A model generated the notes under the pieces. It was given only the letters and a program-made list of their open reading frames with translations, did not search any database and was not told the DNA's origin. A DNA stretch of 64,000 bases from Anaerolineae bacterium (GTDB taxonomy: Bacteria; Chloroflexota; Anaerolineae; B4-G1; SLSP01): NCBI GenBank assembly GCA_034437215.1, contig DAOTVC010000076.1, positions 27,439 to 91,438 on the forward strand, in the 5' to 3' direction. The position numbers and the translations under genes were made by a program. Below are positions 20,106-29,455 of the stretch, one piece after another. Numbering within the stretch: the stretch's first letter is position 1; the number at the start of each line of letters is the position of its first letter.

Positions 20106-20202
20106 GCGAGCCTCAAACGCCCAGGAGGTACTCCGCCCCCACGCTCTCGGTTACGCCAGCACGAAGTTATACTTCTGCGAGCCCTGAGGGCGTCGGAGGC
20201 TC
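20106..20202 (+). repeat. Two tandem copies of a ~28-nt imperfect-hairpin motif (GCGAGCC-N11-12-GGAGG(C)T(A)C); a third copy is at 31643-31670.
   Basis: Exact 14-mer gcgagcctcaaacg is shared between 20106-20119 and 31643-31656; flanks are also similar. All copies are intergenic. Confidence 0.6.
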
Positions 20203-20242
20203 TTGAACCCGATCTCTGGTGCCCCCCCATCCCTCTGGTCGG

Positions 20243-20581
20243 CTACTCTTCCTCGACGAGACGGACGACGGTGGCGTCCTCGTTGGTGCGGAAGACGTAC
20301 TCCTCGCCCTGCACCTCGACCGTCACCTGGTAACCGGGGGTGATGACCTGGGCGCAGACTTCACCCTCCTCGGCGAGTCCCAGGCAGGCGTCGGGCCAGT
20401 CCTCCTGCTCGTAGGAGACGATCTCCACAGCATCCTCGGGTATCTCCAGCTCCTCGCTTAACTGACCACGAAGCTGCTGAATAGGAGCAGGTAAGGGGGC
20501 CTCCTGCCGATTCTGACAGCCGACCAGGAGCAGGGACAACATCAGAGCAATCAACATCCAGATCCCTTTACGTACTAACAT
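20243..20581 (-). CDS. Small lipoprotein (112 aa), hypothetical.
   Basis: Lipobox LLVGCQ. Strong AAGGAGGAT RBS. The 15-bp iteron array abuts its RBS. Confidence 0.6.
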   Translation of the reverse strand: MLVRKGIWMLIALMLSLLLVGCQNRQEAPLPAPIQQLRGQLSEELEIPEDAVEIVSYEQEDWPDACLGLAEEGEVCAQVITPGYQVTVEVQGEEYVFRTNEDATVVRLVEEE

Positions 20582-20597
20582 GGTGGTTATCCTCCTT

Positions 20598-20672
20598 GAA
20601 CTGACGGACAGGGAACTAACGGACAGGGAACTAACAGACAGGGAACTAACAGACAGGGAACTAACAGACAGG
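20598..20672. repeat. 15-bp tandem repeat array, 5 units (GAACTAAC(A/G)GACAGG), immediately upstream of the RBS of the lipoprotein gene.
   Basis: Read directly; units at 20598, 20613, 20628, 20643, 20658. The first unit is degenerate. Confidence 0.95.
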
Positions 20673-20692
20673 TGCCCACTCTCTTACAGGGG

Positions 20693-21910
20693 TCAAGCCC
20701 CGTACTTCCCCAGCCGTCGCGCGTGGGCGAGGGCCAGGGGCATGATCTCGAAGGCCGGGAAGCGCGGTCCCAGACTGCCGGTGACGCACGCTCGCTCGCC
20801 GAACTGCTCCACTCTATCAGGCCGGCAGAACTCCGACCAGAGAAGCACCGGCACGGGGTGCCAGCTGTGATACTTCATCTTGGCGGGCGTCGAGTGATCC
20901 CCTGTCACCACAATCACGTCGGGATGGAGGTCGACGAGGCGGGGTACGAGCGCGTCCGTCTCCTCGATGAGGCTGACTCGGCGGTCGAAGTCGCCGTCCT
21001 CCCCGGCGCTGTCGATCCGCTTCACGTGGACGAAGAAGAAATCGTAGTCGTTCCACTTCTCCTCTAAAAGGTCGAACTCCTCCTCCACGGTGTGGCTGAC
21101 GGGCAGGGCGTCCATTCCGATGAGCTTGGAGACGCCCCGGTACATGGGGTACATGGCGATGGCGGCCGCTTGCAGCCCGAAGACCTCCTGCATGGAGGGC
21201 CATTCGGGCTGCTGGGAGAAGCCGCGCAGCAGTACCATGTTGGCGGGCTTCTCATCGCGCAGGATCTCCCGGACCTGGTCGACGAAGTCGCGCACGATCC
21301 GAGCCGTCTTCTTCGCCTCCGGTGTGGGCAGGGTGGCCTCCGGGCGCACCGGCTCCTCTCCCACCTCCAGGGGATCGGTCTCCGTCACGGCGCTCGAGAG
21401 CTCCGCGCCCCGCAGCACCAGCAGGAAGCGGTACTCCTTGACGGGCTCCATGAAGACCTCCACCTCGGAGATGTCGAGATTACTGCAGACGAGCTCCTCC
21501 AGCTCCTTGTTCTTCTCGGTGGAGATGCGGCCCGCGCGCCGATCGACGACGACGCCCTGCTCGTTAACCGTGCAGAAGTTCCCGCGAGCCGCCACGTCCT
21601 GGGGCTGGAGATCGAAGTCGATGCCCAGCGCCGAGAGGACGCCCCGGCCCACCTGGTAGGTGACGGGGTCGTAGCCGAAGATGCCCAGGTGACCGGGCCC
21701 GCTGCCGGGGGTGACCCCCGTACGCACCGGCTGGTGGAGGCCGCAGATGCCTTCCGCCGCCAGCCGGTCCAGGTTGGGGGTGTGGGCCGCCTCGAGGGCC
21801 GTCTTGCCACCCCTTTCCATGGGTAATCCCCCCAGCCCGTCCATGACCAGCATCACGATCTTGGTGTCTCTGTTTCTCTCGACGAGAGATTTGATGAAGT
21901 TAAGGTCCAT
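20693..21910 (-). CDS. apgM: 2,3-bisphosphoglycerate-independent phosphoglycerate mutase, archaeal type (ApgM).
   Basis: 405 aa collinear with ApgM family proteins (MDLNFIKSL...VTGDHSTP...). AGGAAAGGAGAT RBS. Confidence 0.9.
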   Translation of the reverse strand: MDLNFIKSLVERNRDTKIVMLVMDGLGGLPMERGGKTALEAAHTPNLDRLAAEGICGLHQPVRTGVTPGSGPGHLGIFGYDPVTYQVGRGVLSALGIDFDLQPQDVAARGNFCTVNEQGVVVDRRAGRISTEKNKELEELVCSNLDISEVEVFMEPVKEYRFLLVLRGAELSSAVTETDPLEVGEEPVRPEATLPTPEAKKTARIVRDFVDQVREILRDEKPANMVLLRGFSQQPEWPSMQEVFGLQAAAIAMYPMYRGVSKLIGMDALPVSHTVEEEFDLLEEKWNDYDFFFVHVKRIDSAGEDGDFDRRVSLIEETDALVPRLVDLHPDVIVVTGDHSTPAKMKYHSWHPVPVLLWSEFCRPDRVEQFGERACVTGSLGPRFPAFEIMPLALAHARRLGKYGA

Positions 21911-21947
21911 GCTTGATCTCCTTTCCTGACATGTAGCTTTGTTAACT

Positions 21948-22811
21948 CTACCCACCCTTGATGGAGCCCGCGAGAATACCACGGACGAAGAAGCGCTGCA
22001 GGGAGAAGAAGACGACGAGGGGCAGGGCCATGGAGACGACGGCGGCGGCGGGCAGGAGGTAGGCTTGGGCCCCGAGCGAGTTCACGAGGTTGGCGACGCG
22101 GACGGTGAGCGGGGCGACGCGGGGTGTGCCCCCCAGGTAGATGAGGGCGACGAGCAGGTCGTTCCAGACCCAGAGGAACTGAAAGATGGCCAGGGCCGCC
22201 AGGGAGGGGACGGAGAGGGGGAGGGCCAAGCGTGTGAAGGCGGTGAAGAAGGAGGCGCCGTCGAGATAGGCGGACTCGAAGAGCTCGCTGGGGAGGGAGC
22301 CGAAGAAGTTGCGCAGCAGGTAGACGGCGAAGGGAAGGCCGTAGCCCGTGTGGGCCAGCCAGATCCCCAGGAAGGTCCCGTTGAGGCCCAAGGAGGTGTA
22401 GATGGAGTAGACGGGGACGAAGGTCATCTGCAAGGGGACCACGAGGAGGCCCACGACGAGGGAGAAGAGCAGCCGGCGTCCCGGAAAATCCATCCAGGCG
22501 AAAGCGTAGGCCGCGAAGGCCGCGACGAGGATGGGGATGACGGTGGCCGGGACGGAGATGAAGAGACTGTTGCGGAAGGCGTGGGCCAAACCCTGGGCCT
22601 CCAGCACCGTCTCGTAGTTCTCCAGCGTCCACGTGGTGATGTTGAAGGGATGGGCGAAGATGTTCCACCAGCCGCTCGACCGGATGGCCTGCGGGGGGCG
22701 GAAGGAGTTGAGCAAGACGCCCATGGAGGGCAACATCCAGATAAGGGCAATGGTGATGACTACGACGTGGAGGGGAATTCTACCCAGGAGCTTGCGCATT
22801 TTGTCACTCAT
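21948..22811 (-). CDS. Carbohydrate ABC transporter permease (MalG/UgpE-like).
   Basis: 6-TM permease with an EAA-like loop. Overlaps the upstream permease by 4 nt. Confidence 0.85.
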   Translation of the reverse strand: MSDKMRKLLGRIPLHVVVITIALIWMLPSMGVLLNSFRPPQAIRSSGWWNIFAHPFNITTWTLENYETVLEAQGLAHAFRNSLFISVPATVIPILVAAFAAYAFAWMDFPGRRLLFSLVVGLLVVPLQMTFVPVYSIYTSLGLNGTFLGIWLAHTGYGLPFAVYLLRNFFGSLPSELFESAYLDGASFFTAFTRLALPLSVPSLAALAIFQFLWVWNDLLVALIYLGGTPRVAPLTVRVANLVNSLGAQAYLLPAAAVVSMALPLVVFFSLQRFFVRGILAGSIKGG

Positions 22812-23668
22812 CGTATAGCCTCCTGTTCCTGGAACCGCCGGATGTTGACAATCATGACGGGGACGATAGCCAGCAGCAAGACGACGGCCACCGCGGCAGC
22901 GCGTCCGTCGTTGCGGTTGATGTAGAGCTGGCGGTACATCTCGTAGGCGATGACGTTGGTGTCGTAGCGCGCACCCGTCATGACGTAGATGAGATCGAAG
23001 ATTTTCAGCACCATGATGATCAGCGTGGTGGTGACGACGGCGATGGTGGAGGCGATCATGGGCACCGTCACCCTCCAGAAGATCTGGAAGCCGCTGGCGC
23101 CGTCCACCTTGGCCGCGTCGATGATCTCGTCAGGGATGCCCTTGATGGCAGCCGAGAGGATGACCATGGCGAAGCCCGTCCACATCCAGATACCCGTGGT
23201 GATGAGGGCGTAGGTGGCGATATTGCTGTTGACCAACCAGCCTACGGGTTCGAAGTTCGGGAAGAGGGAGGTGAGAACGGCGTTGAGCAGGCCGACATTG
23301 GGACGATAGTCGTAGACGTACTGCCAGATCACCCCGGCTCCTACGAAGGAGATGGCCTGCGGGAGGAAGATGATGGACTTCGCTACCGACTCGTAAGGCA
23401 CCTTGTCCACCAGCACGGCGATGATAAGGCCGGCGACGACGGTCAAAGAGGTGAAGAAGATGAGCCAGAGAAGATTGTTCTTGAAGGCGCTCAACATGGG
23501 GGCGCTGGTAAAGGCGAAGACGTAGTTCTCAAACCCCACGAAGGTCTCGGAGTTGGGGCCGTAGAAGCTCAACCGGATGGTGGCGATGGTGGGGTAGATC
23601 AGGTAAAAGGCGAGAATCAGTAAGGTCGGTCCGATGTAGAACCAGGAACGCAGCCCAGCCTTCCGCAT
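22808..23668 (-). CDS. Carbohydrate ABC transporter permease (MalF/UgpA-like).
   Basis: Permease topology and motifs. Confidence 0.85.
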   Translation of the reverse strand: MRKAGLRSWFYIGPTLLILAFYLIYPTIATIRLSFYGPNSETFVGFENYVFAFTSAPMLSAFKNNLLWLIFFTSLTVVAGLIIAVLVDKVPYESVAKSIIFLPQAISFVGAGVIWQYVYDYRPNVGLLNAVLTSLFPNFEPVGWLVNSNIATYALITTGIWMWTGFAMVILSAAIKGIPDEIIDAAKVDGASGFQIFWRVTVPMIASTIAVVTTTLIIMVLKIFDLIYVMTGARYDTNVIAYEMYRQLYINRNDGRAAAVAVVLLLAIVPVMIVNIRRFQEQEAIR

Positions 23669-23711
23669 TGAAGTGCTCCTTTCTCTGTGTGAATATCAGG
23701 TCTGCTTGCGA

Positions 23712-23756
23712 CGGGATGCGTGTTGCGCCTTTGAGGAGACCGCAACACGCATCCCG
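23712..23756. other. Perfect 16-bp inverted repeat (cgggatgcgtgttgcg ... cgcaacacgcatcccg, 13-nt loop) between the SBP and permease genes; likely intra-operon stem-loop or attenuating terminator.
   Basis: Read directly from the sequence. Confidence 0.7.
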
Positions 23757-23821
23757 GACTTAGGTATGGAGCCGCCGCTGCGGCAGAGAACGCCGTAACG
23801 GCCGGCTCGATTGATCAACGT

Positions 23822-25273
23822 TTAGTAGTTTTCCTCGGCGACGCTCTCGATATTCTGTAGAATGCTGTCCAACTGATCGGGGTTCTCCACGTACTCGAGG
23901 ATGCCGGACCAGAAGGCGTCGTTGACGGCGGACGGCATGAGATCCGAGGCGTCGAAGCGTACGACATCGGCCTCGACGAGAACCTCTGCGGCCTGCTGCG
24001 TCAGTTGATCGGGATAGATCTCCGGAGCGACGTTCCGGTTGGTGGCGATGAAGCCGCCGCGCTCGGCCCAGATGCTCTGGGCGTCATCGGTCGCCAGCCA
24101 GCGCATCAGACAGCGGGCTGCCGGCTCGTCGTTGAAGAGCCCGAAGAGGTCGCCCGCCACGAGGGCCGGTGTGCCGTACTGCTCGTCGATGGGCGGGAAG
24201 GCGAAGTAGTCGAAGTCTTCGATGGGCTGGGCGTCAGGGAACTGGTCCTGGATGAAGCTCTGGATGAAGATGGCCTGGCGGTGCATGTAGCAGCCCGGCG
24301 GTTCCTGTAACATGGGATAGACAGACTCACCGAAGCCGGTAGCCAGCACAGCGGTCGTGCCCCCTTGGACCATATCGCCGTCGGTGGCGACCTGTCCGAA
24401 GATCTCCCAGGCATTGCGTACGGCTTCGTCGGTCCAGGGGATCTCGTGTTGCCACCACTGGTCGTAGACCTCAGGTCCCGCAGTGCGCAACATGATGTCC
24501 TCGATCCAGTCGGTGCCGGGCCAGCCGCTCGCGGCGCCGCTCTCCAGCCCCAGGCACCAGGGCGCGTTGCCGTCGTCGATGATGGTCTGTGAGAGCTCCA
24601 TCATCTCGTCCCAGCTCTCCTCGGGGATCTCGTACCCGGCCTCCTCAAAATTAGGAGGGCTGTACCAGACGAGGCTTTTGATCGCGGCCTTCGTGAAGAT
24701 ACCGTAGAGGCCGCCGTCGAAGGTCGCCAGGTCGATCCAGGTGTCGGCGTAGTCCTCCTGCAGCATCTCCATGTCCATGAAGGTGCTCAGATCCACCAGA
24801 TAGCCCTCATCGGCGTACTGGCGCAGCTGACCGGGGCCGGGCAGACCGGCGATGTCGGGCGGGTTGCCGCCCTCGACGCGCGTGGTCAGCACGGCGTTCA
24901 GGTCACGGGTGCCCTCGTAATCCATCATGGCGCCCGTGGCTTCCTCCCAGGGCGCGACCATGGCCTCGAAACTTTCCAGCTCGTCGCCGCCCCAGACGGC
25001 GAGAACGTTGACCGTCTCGCCGGAGATGTCCTCCTCACAACTGAAGGCCATCTCCTCTTCCATCTCCTCCGTCGGCATGGCCTCTTCCGTCTCCTCGGCC
25101 ATCTCCTCCGTCGGTGTAGGCTCTTCGGTCATCTCTTCTGTGGGCTCTTCTGTCATCTCTTCTGTGGGCTCTTCGGTCATCTGCTCGGTGGGCTCCTCGC
25201 CGTTACAGGCGCTCAGGAGCATGCTCGCCACCAGCAGGACGCTGACGAGAACCCAAAGTGTGCGTTTGAACAT
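23822..25273 (-). CDS. ABC transporter extracellular solute-binding protein (family 1, sugar) with lipoprotein signal and acidic EEPTEEMT repeat linker.
   Basis: Lipobox LLSACNG followed by (EEPTEEMT)n low-complexity linker; SBP_bac_1-like body. Confidence 0.85.
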   Translation of the reverse strand: MFKRTLWVLVSVLLVASMLLSACNGEEPTEQMTEEPTEEMTEEPTEEMTEEPTPTEEMAEETEEAMPTEEMEEEMAFSCEEDISGETVNVLAVWGGDELESFEAMVAPWEEATGAMMDYEGTRDLNAVLTTRVEGGNPPDIAGLPGPGQLRQYADEGYLVDLSTFMDMEMLQEDYADTWIDLATFDGGLYGIFTKAAIKSLVWYSPPNFEEAGYEIPEESWDEMMELSQTIIDDGNAPWCLGLESGAASGWPGTDWIEDIMLRTAGPEVYDQWWQHEIPWTDEAVRNAWEIFGQVATDGDMVQGGTTAVLATGFGESVYPMLQEPPGCYMHRQAIFIQSFIQDQFPDAQPIEDFDYFAFPPIDEQYGTPALVAGDLFGLFNDEPAARCLMRWLATDDAQSIWAERGGFIATNRNVAPEIYPDQLTQQAAEVLVEADVVRFDASDLMPSAVNDAFWSGILEYVENPDQLDSILQNIESVAEENY

Positions 25274-25460
25274 CTTGACGTACCCTCCTTCTGACTACGA
25301 AAACAGTATCTGTGTTGTTCTCCGGGCCTGGTTTAGACGGCGCCGGCGATTATGTCTCGGGGTGTCTGCGCTGACCGGATGCGATGGTACCCCTCGTGCG
25401 GCAGATTCCAGTCTCCCCTCACCTCCTCTCGTAGCGTTGGTGACCCTCCATCTTTGGACC

Positions 25461-25733
25461 TTAAGGCCCGTAGTTCTCCGCCAGGTAGTCCACGAGGACC
25501 TCTTTCTCCTCCACGTTCAGTTCCGCGCCCAGCTCGATCATCCGTTCCACCGTCTCCTCCCACTCGGCCTCGGTCTTCTCCTCATCTGTGACGCGCTGCA
25601 GGTCGTGGCACTCGATGCAACGGGTCTGGAGCAGTGTCTCCCCATCGGGGACGTCGGTACCGGCACCGTCGGTGCCGCAGGCACTCAGGATCAGCAGCGC
25701 AATGATAATTACGAGTATAAGCGTTCTTCGCAT
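25461..25733 (-). CDS. Small lipoprotein with CxxCH motif (putative mono-heme c-type cytochrome-like protein).
   Basis: Lipobox ILSACGT; CIECH heme-binding motif; AAAGGAGAGA RBS. 90 aa. Confidence 0.55.
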   Translation of the reverse strand: MRRTLILVIIIALLILSACGTDGAGTDVPDGETLLQTRCIECHDLQRVTDEEKTEAEWEETVERMIELGAELNVEEKEVLVDYLAENYGP

Positions 25734-25824
25734 TCGTAGATCTCTCCTTTGTGTGAAGCCTTTGAATGAATGGCTGTGGCTACAGTGACTGAATTACAAA
25801 AGGGCTCACCTTGCATGACGCCTG

Positions 25825-26535
25825 TCACACGTCCCCATACACGGCAATGCTGGCCCCACTGATGGCCTCGCCGGCCTCCGAGCAGAGAAAGCGCATCGTC
25901 GCAGCGATGTCCTGAGGTGAGACCCAACGGCTGGGATCGGGCTTGGAGATGTAGTGGCGGTTGGCAGGGGTATCGATGATGCTGGGTAGAATAGCGTTAG
26001 CCGTCACGCCCGTGCCCTTGGTCTCCAGGGCGATGACCTCCGTGAGCGTAATCAGAGCGCGCTTGGAGACGTCGTAGGAGGCTTCGTGGGGCTTGGGTTG
26101 CACGGCACCCCTGGAGCTGATGTGGACGATGCGGCCCCACCCGGTCTCCAGCATGTGAGGGAGCACGGCGCGCGAGAGTAGGAACGCCGACTGCAGGTTG
26201 ACCCGCAGCAGCCGGTTCCACGCCTCGATGGAGGTCTCGTGGACGGGATCGCCCCCCTGCCACGTCCCCACGTTGTTGAGGAGGACGTGTAGCCCTCCCC
26301 ACCTCTCCACGATCTCCTCGACGAGCTCCTGAACGCCCTCCGGGTGTGTGACATCGGCGGCCTGGTGATAGAGCCGGGACTCGGGCAGCCCCGTCTCCTC
26401 CGCGAGCATCGCCAGAGCCTCCGGTGACGTGCTGGTCAGGGCCAGCGCTGCGTCCGTCCGCGCGAACTCGCGGGCAACGGCGGTTCCCAGCCCCCCGGTG
26501 GCTCCTGTGATAAGAACTACGCGATCTTCTAGCAT
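25825..26535 (-). CDS. SDR family NAD(P)-dependent oxidoreductase.
   Basis: TGATGGLG Rossmann motif; YxxxK catalytic region. Confidence 0.85.
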   Translation of the reverse strand: MLEDRVVLITGATGGLGTAVAREFARTDAALALTSTSPEALAMLAEETGLPESRLYHQAADVTHPEGVQELVEEIVERWGGLHVLLNNVGTWQGGDPVHETSIEAWNRLLRVNLQSAFLLSRAVLPHMLETGWGRIVHISSRGAVQPKPHEASYDVSKRALITLTEVIALETKGTGVTANAILPSIIDTPANRHYISKPDPSRWVSPQDIAATMRFLCSEAGEAISGASIAVYGDV

Positions 26536-26701
26536 AAGAATTGGCGGGAGCTGTAGCCGGGGCGACGCAGGCTACAGCTCACCAACCCTCCTTTCGTGTG
26601 AGGGCCCCCGAAGACGACAGCCGCCCCGGATGAAGAGGTGTGGGGGCCCTCAACCTGCACGACACGTGCCCTCCCCCGAGTTCTCTACCCCCTGAGGCTC
26701 C

Positions 26702-26941
26702 TCAAGCCTCGGTGACGTGGATGATCTCGACGGGGCAGCCGTCAGCGGCTTCCGTCACGCACTCCTCCAGGTCAGCCGGAGCCAGCCCCTCGTCGACGGC
26801 GTCGTCGACCCGGTACTCCTCCACTACCTGGCTCAATTCGTCCTCCGGGCTCGATTCGAAAAACTCAGGGCACGTGCTCCAGCACACACCACAGATGATG
26901 CATTCATCGCGATCGATGGTGACCTTGTACTTCTCTGCCAT
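26702..26941 (-). CDS. Small ferredoxin (single-cluster, Fe-S).
   Basis: 79 aa, CIICGVCWSTCP plus a distal C...C pattern; AAGGAGGT RBS. Confidence 0.8.
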   Translation of the reverse strand: MAEKYKVTIDRDECIICGVCWSTCPEFFESSPEDELSQVVEEYRVDDAVDEGLAPADLEECVTEAADGCPVEIIHVTEA

Positions 26942-26963
26942 TGAAACCTCCTTGACTGAATAG

Positions 26964-27386
26964 TTACTCTGATGGGGAAGGGAGATCGAGCAAACGCTTC
27001 TCCCCCTCGAGATCCTGAATCTCGGTGACGTTCTGGGTCACTTCTACGCACCCCAGGTATTCACCCTCGGGGTCACGCAGAGCGTAGTACTCGATAAGGA
27101 TCTTCTGGGGCTTCTCCTGGGAATCCGGCTTCATATCGATCCAGAAGCGAGCCTTCTCCCTCTCTCCCGCTTTCATCTCCTCGAGGAGTCTTTCCACCTT
27201 GTCGAGGCTCTGTTGGGGATGACAGTTGCGGACATCCCGTCCCACGACCCCCTTGGGACGTTTGAAGACGCGCGTCTCGTGCTTGTTCCACGCCAGCACC
27301 TGATCCTCGGCATCGATGACGGAAAACTCAATGGGTACGCTCTCTAAAAGTGCTTTTAACACCGGTTGGGGCAGTTCTCCGATCAT
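26964..27386 (-). CDS. PAS-like domain protein.
   Basis: 140 aa with a PAS-fold pattern (FSVIDAEDQVLAWNK...); AAGGAGAA RBS. Confidence 0.55.
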   Translation of the reverse strand: MIGELPQPVLKALLESVPIEFSVIDAEDQVLAWNKHETRVFKRPKGVVGRDVRNCHPQQSLDKVERLLEEMKAGEREKARFWIDMKPDSQEKPQKILIEYYALRDPEGEYLGCVEVTQNVTEIQDLEGEKRLLDLPSPSE

Positions 27387-27401
27387 AGTTCTCCTTGGAG
27401 T

Positions 27402-27641
27402 CTACACTTCCACCATGAACTGGCGCACGTGATAGTCCCACTCACGCGTCTCCAGATCAATCACCGTCTGGTCGTCCTGCTGGACGACCGTGGCTTGAAC
27501 GTGCCCGCCGCCGCCTTCCAGTCGCATGCAACAGGCGCTCTCTTGCTGTAGGGTGAGCCCCAACCCCTGTTCTCCGAAGTAGGTCTCGAGCCTCTCCAAC
27601 GCTTCGCTGGGGCTCAGGTCGGTCTCGATGCTGTAGCGCAT
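27402..27641 (-). CDS. Hypothetical small protein (79 aa).
   Basis: ORF with an AAGGAGAG RBS, tightly packed in the operon. Confidence 0.5.
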   Translation of the reverse strand: MRYSIETDLSPSEALERLETYFGEQGLGLTLQQESACCMRLEGGGGHVQATVVQQDDQTVIDLETREWDYHVRQFMVEV

Positions 27642-27698
27642 TCCGCTCTCCTTGAGAAGTAGTTCAACAGGCTCGGCAGACGCTTCCGGAGGTGCTGT

Positions 27699-28151
27699 CT
27701 ACACCTCCAACACCGTCGCCCTATATTTGGCCGAGAAGAGGTAGTCGCTGGTTTTCTCCGGCTCCACATCGTCGTGAGGAGCGTGGCTGAAGAGCAGGAC
27801 CTGGTCCACTCGGACGCGCAGCGATTTCGCGCTCTGCCCAAAGGTCGGAGGGTCCCTGTGTGGGTGGAGGATGCCCTCCAAAACCGTCACGGTTTCGACC
27901 TCTCCGAGCATCTGGTAACCCCTATCGGTAGCGATGTCCCAGACCACGATCGTGACCTTGGGATTCTGTTGGAGGTTGGCCTCAACCAGGGGGCAGAACC
28001 AGTCTGAGAGATCGATGTGCCGGTCGGAGGCGAGGGCAAACTCACCTACCGAGGTAAGGTGCGGCCAGCCCCGAGCATCGGCGGTCGTGATAAAGACGTG
28101 CTGCCTCTCCTGAGCCATTGCTACCGCTTGGCTAAACAGTTCGGTATTCAT
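27699..28151 (-). CDS. Pyridoxamine 5'-phosphate oxidase-like FMN-binding split-barrel protein.
   Basis: PNPOx-like fold pattern (HVFITTADARGWPHLTSVG). Confidence 0.65.
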   Translation of the reverse strand: MNTELFSQAVAMAQERQHVFITTADARGWPHLTSVGEFALASDRHIDLSDWFCPLVEANLQQNPKVTIVVWDIATDRGYQMLGEVETVTVLEGILHPHRDPPTFGQSAKSLRVRVDQVLLFSHAPHDDVEPEKTSDYLFSAKYRATVLEV

Positions 28152-28333
28152 GGTTTCCCCCTATTCTATTTGGGTCGCGGCTACCCATTCAATGAAGTGA
28201 GCGACTATCTCTCCCCGCGGGGGCGAATAGACACTCTGTTTTCTCTTCGCTGAACACACCCCCCTGCTCGGCAGGGGTAGTAGCGCAAGGAAGAGACGAC
28301 ACTTGGGCAAGTAAGGGCCGACGTAGTCGTGGA

Positions 28334-28807
28334 TCAATGGATAGGCGCGGACGCCGGTAGGTTGGAGAGTTTCTGTCCGTGCACGGAGCGGATAGCAGCG
28401 GCGAGCTCGTCAATGGTGACGTCCTTTAAGAGATAGTGGGATGCGCCTGCTTGGAGTGCCTTGTGCAGGATCGTCTCATCGTAGAAGCTGGTCAGCACAA
28501 TTACTTGCGTGTATGGGTGAATGCGGCGAATTTCCCGTGTGGCGGCGACGCCGTCCATCTGCGGCATCAACAGGTCCAGCAAAACGATATCGGGCTCCAG
28601 CTCCTTGCAGAGCTTCAAAGCCTCTTGACCGTTATGGGCGGCCCCCACGAGCTCCAGGTCATCGAAGACCTCGAGAAAGATGGAGAGACTGCTGCGGATC
28701 TGATCATGATCATCCGCTATTAGCACCCGAATTGGATCTGTTTTAGCCAGGGAGATTGCGCTCATAGTCTTATGGTACAACAAGGAGGCTTGAAATGCTT
28801 CCGGCAT
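28334..28807 (-). CDS. Stand-alone response-regulator receiver domain (canonical DD/D/T/K residues, no output domain).
   Basis: VLIADDHDQIRSSL...IVLLDLLMPQMDG...VIVLTS...LLKD. The start is uncertain (28807 or 28765); neither has a clear RBS. Confidence 0.8.
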   Translation of the reverse strand: MPEAFQASLLYHKTMSAISLAKTDPIRVLIADDHDQIRSSLSIFLEVFDDLELVGAAHNGQEALKLCKELEPDIVLLDLLMPQMDGVAATREIRRIHPYTQVIVLTSFYDETILHKALQAGASHYLLKDVTIDELAAAIRSVHGQKLSNLPASAPIH

Positions 28808-29043
28808 TCAGGGGAATTACCCCGTGACGGGTGGATGATTTACCCATCGTCCAGATGGGGGATTTCTCTATCGGTCAGGTGACCGGTCGGCTTGCAACGG
28901 GTGTGGCTCCCTGAGCCGCTTTCAGCGCTGGCCCGCATAACCGCAACCACAATCCTCTTCTCGCCTGGTTGAAGTCGCGTTTCACGGCAGGTTCTGTGCG
29001 GGGATTGCGAAACTGTGACGGGCGCCCCGAGGAGGGAACGCGG

Positions 29044-29071
29044 TTGACAAAATAAGCGAGCCGGTTATAAT
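29044..29071 (+). promoter_or_regulatory. Consensus sigma-A-type promoter (TTGACA-16 nt-TATAAT) upstream of rplU-rpmA-rpmE.
   Basis: ttgacaaaataagcgagccggttataat, read directly from the sequence. Confidence 0.7.
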
Positions 29072-29133
29072 ACTCGGGCAGCCGAACCCCCCTTGGGCTC
29101 GGCTCCTATTGTGTATGTCGGGAGGAAGCATCG

Positions 29134-29450
29134 TGTACGCAGTTATTAGATCAGGTTCACATCAATACAAGGCTACGGTAGGGAGTGAGATCGTTATCGA
29201 GAAGCTCCCTGATGACGTGGGTGAGCAGATTGAGCTCCACGAGGTCTATCTGGTCTCCGACGGGGACGAAGTTCACGTCGGGCACCCCACGGTACCGGGC
29301 GCTGTCGTTCGCGCGACCATCCTGGAGCAGTTCCGCGGTCCTAAGGTGCGCATCTTCAAGCACCATCCGCGGAAGCGCTATCGCTTGCGGAAGGGTCATC
29401 GCCAGGACTACATGCGCCTGCGGATTGACGAGATTGTGAAGGGAGCGTAG
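29134..29450 (+). CDS. rplU: 50S ribosomal protein L21.
   Basis: [25 protein letters not shown]...; GTG start 5 nt after a GGGAGGAAG RBS. Confidence 0.9.
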
Positions 29451-29455
29451 GAGCT

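Noticed and set aside
20598-20672. Tandem repeats as a CRISPR array.
   Set aside because: The units are 15 bp and directly abutting, with no spacers; no cas genes. They are iterons or microsatellite-like, not CRISPR.
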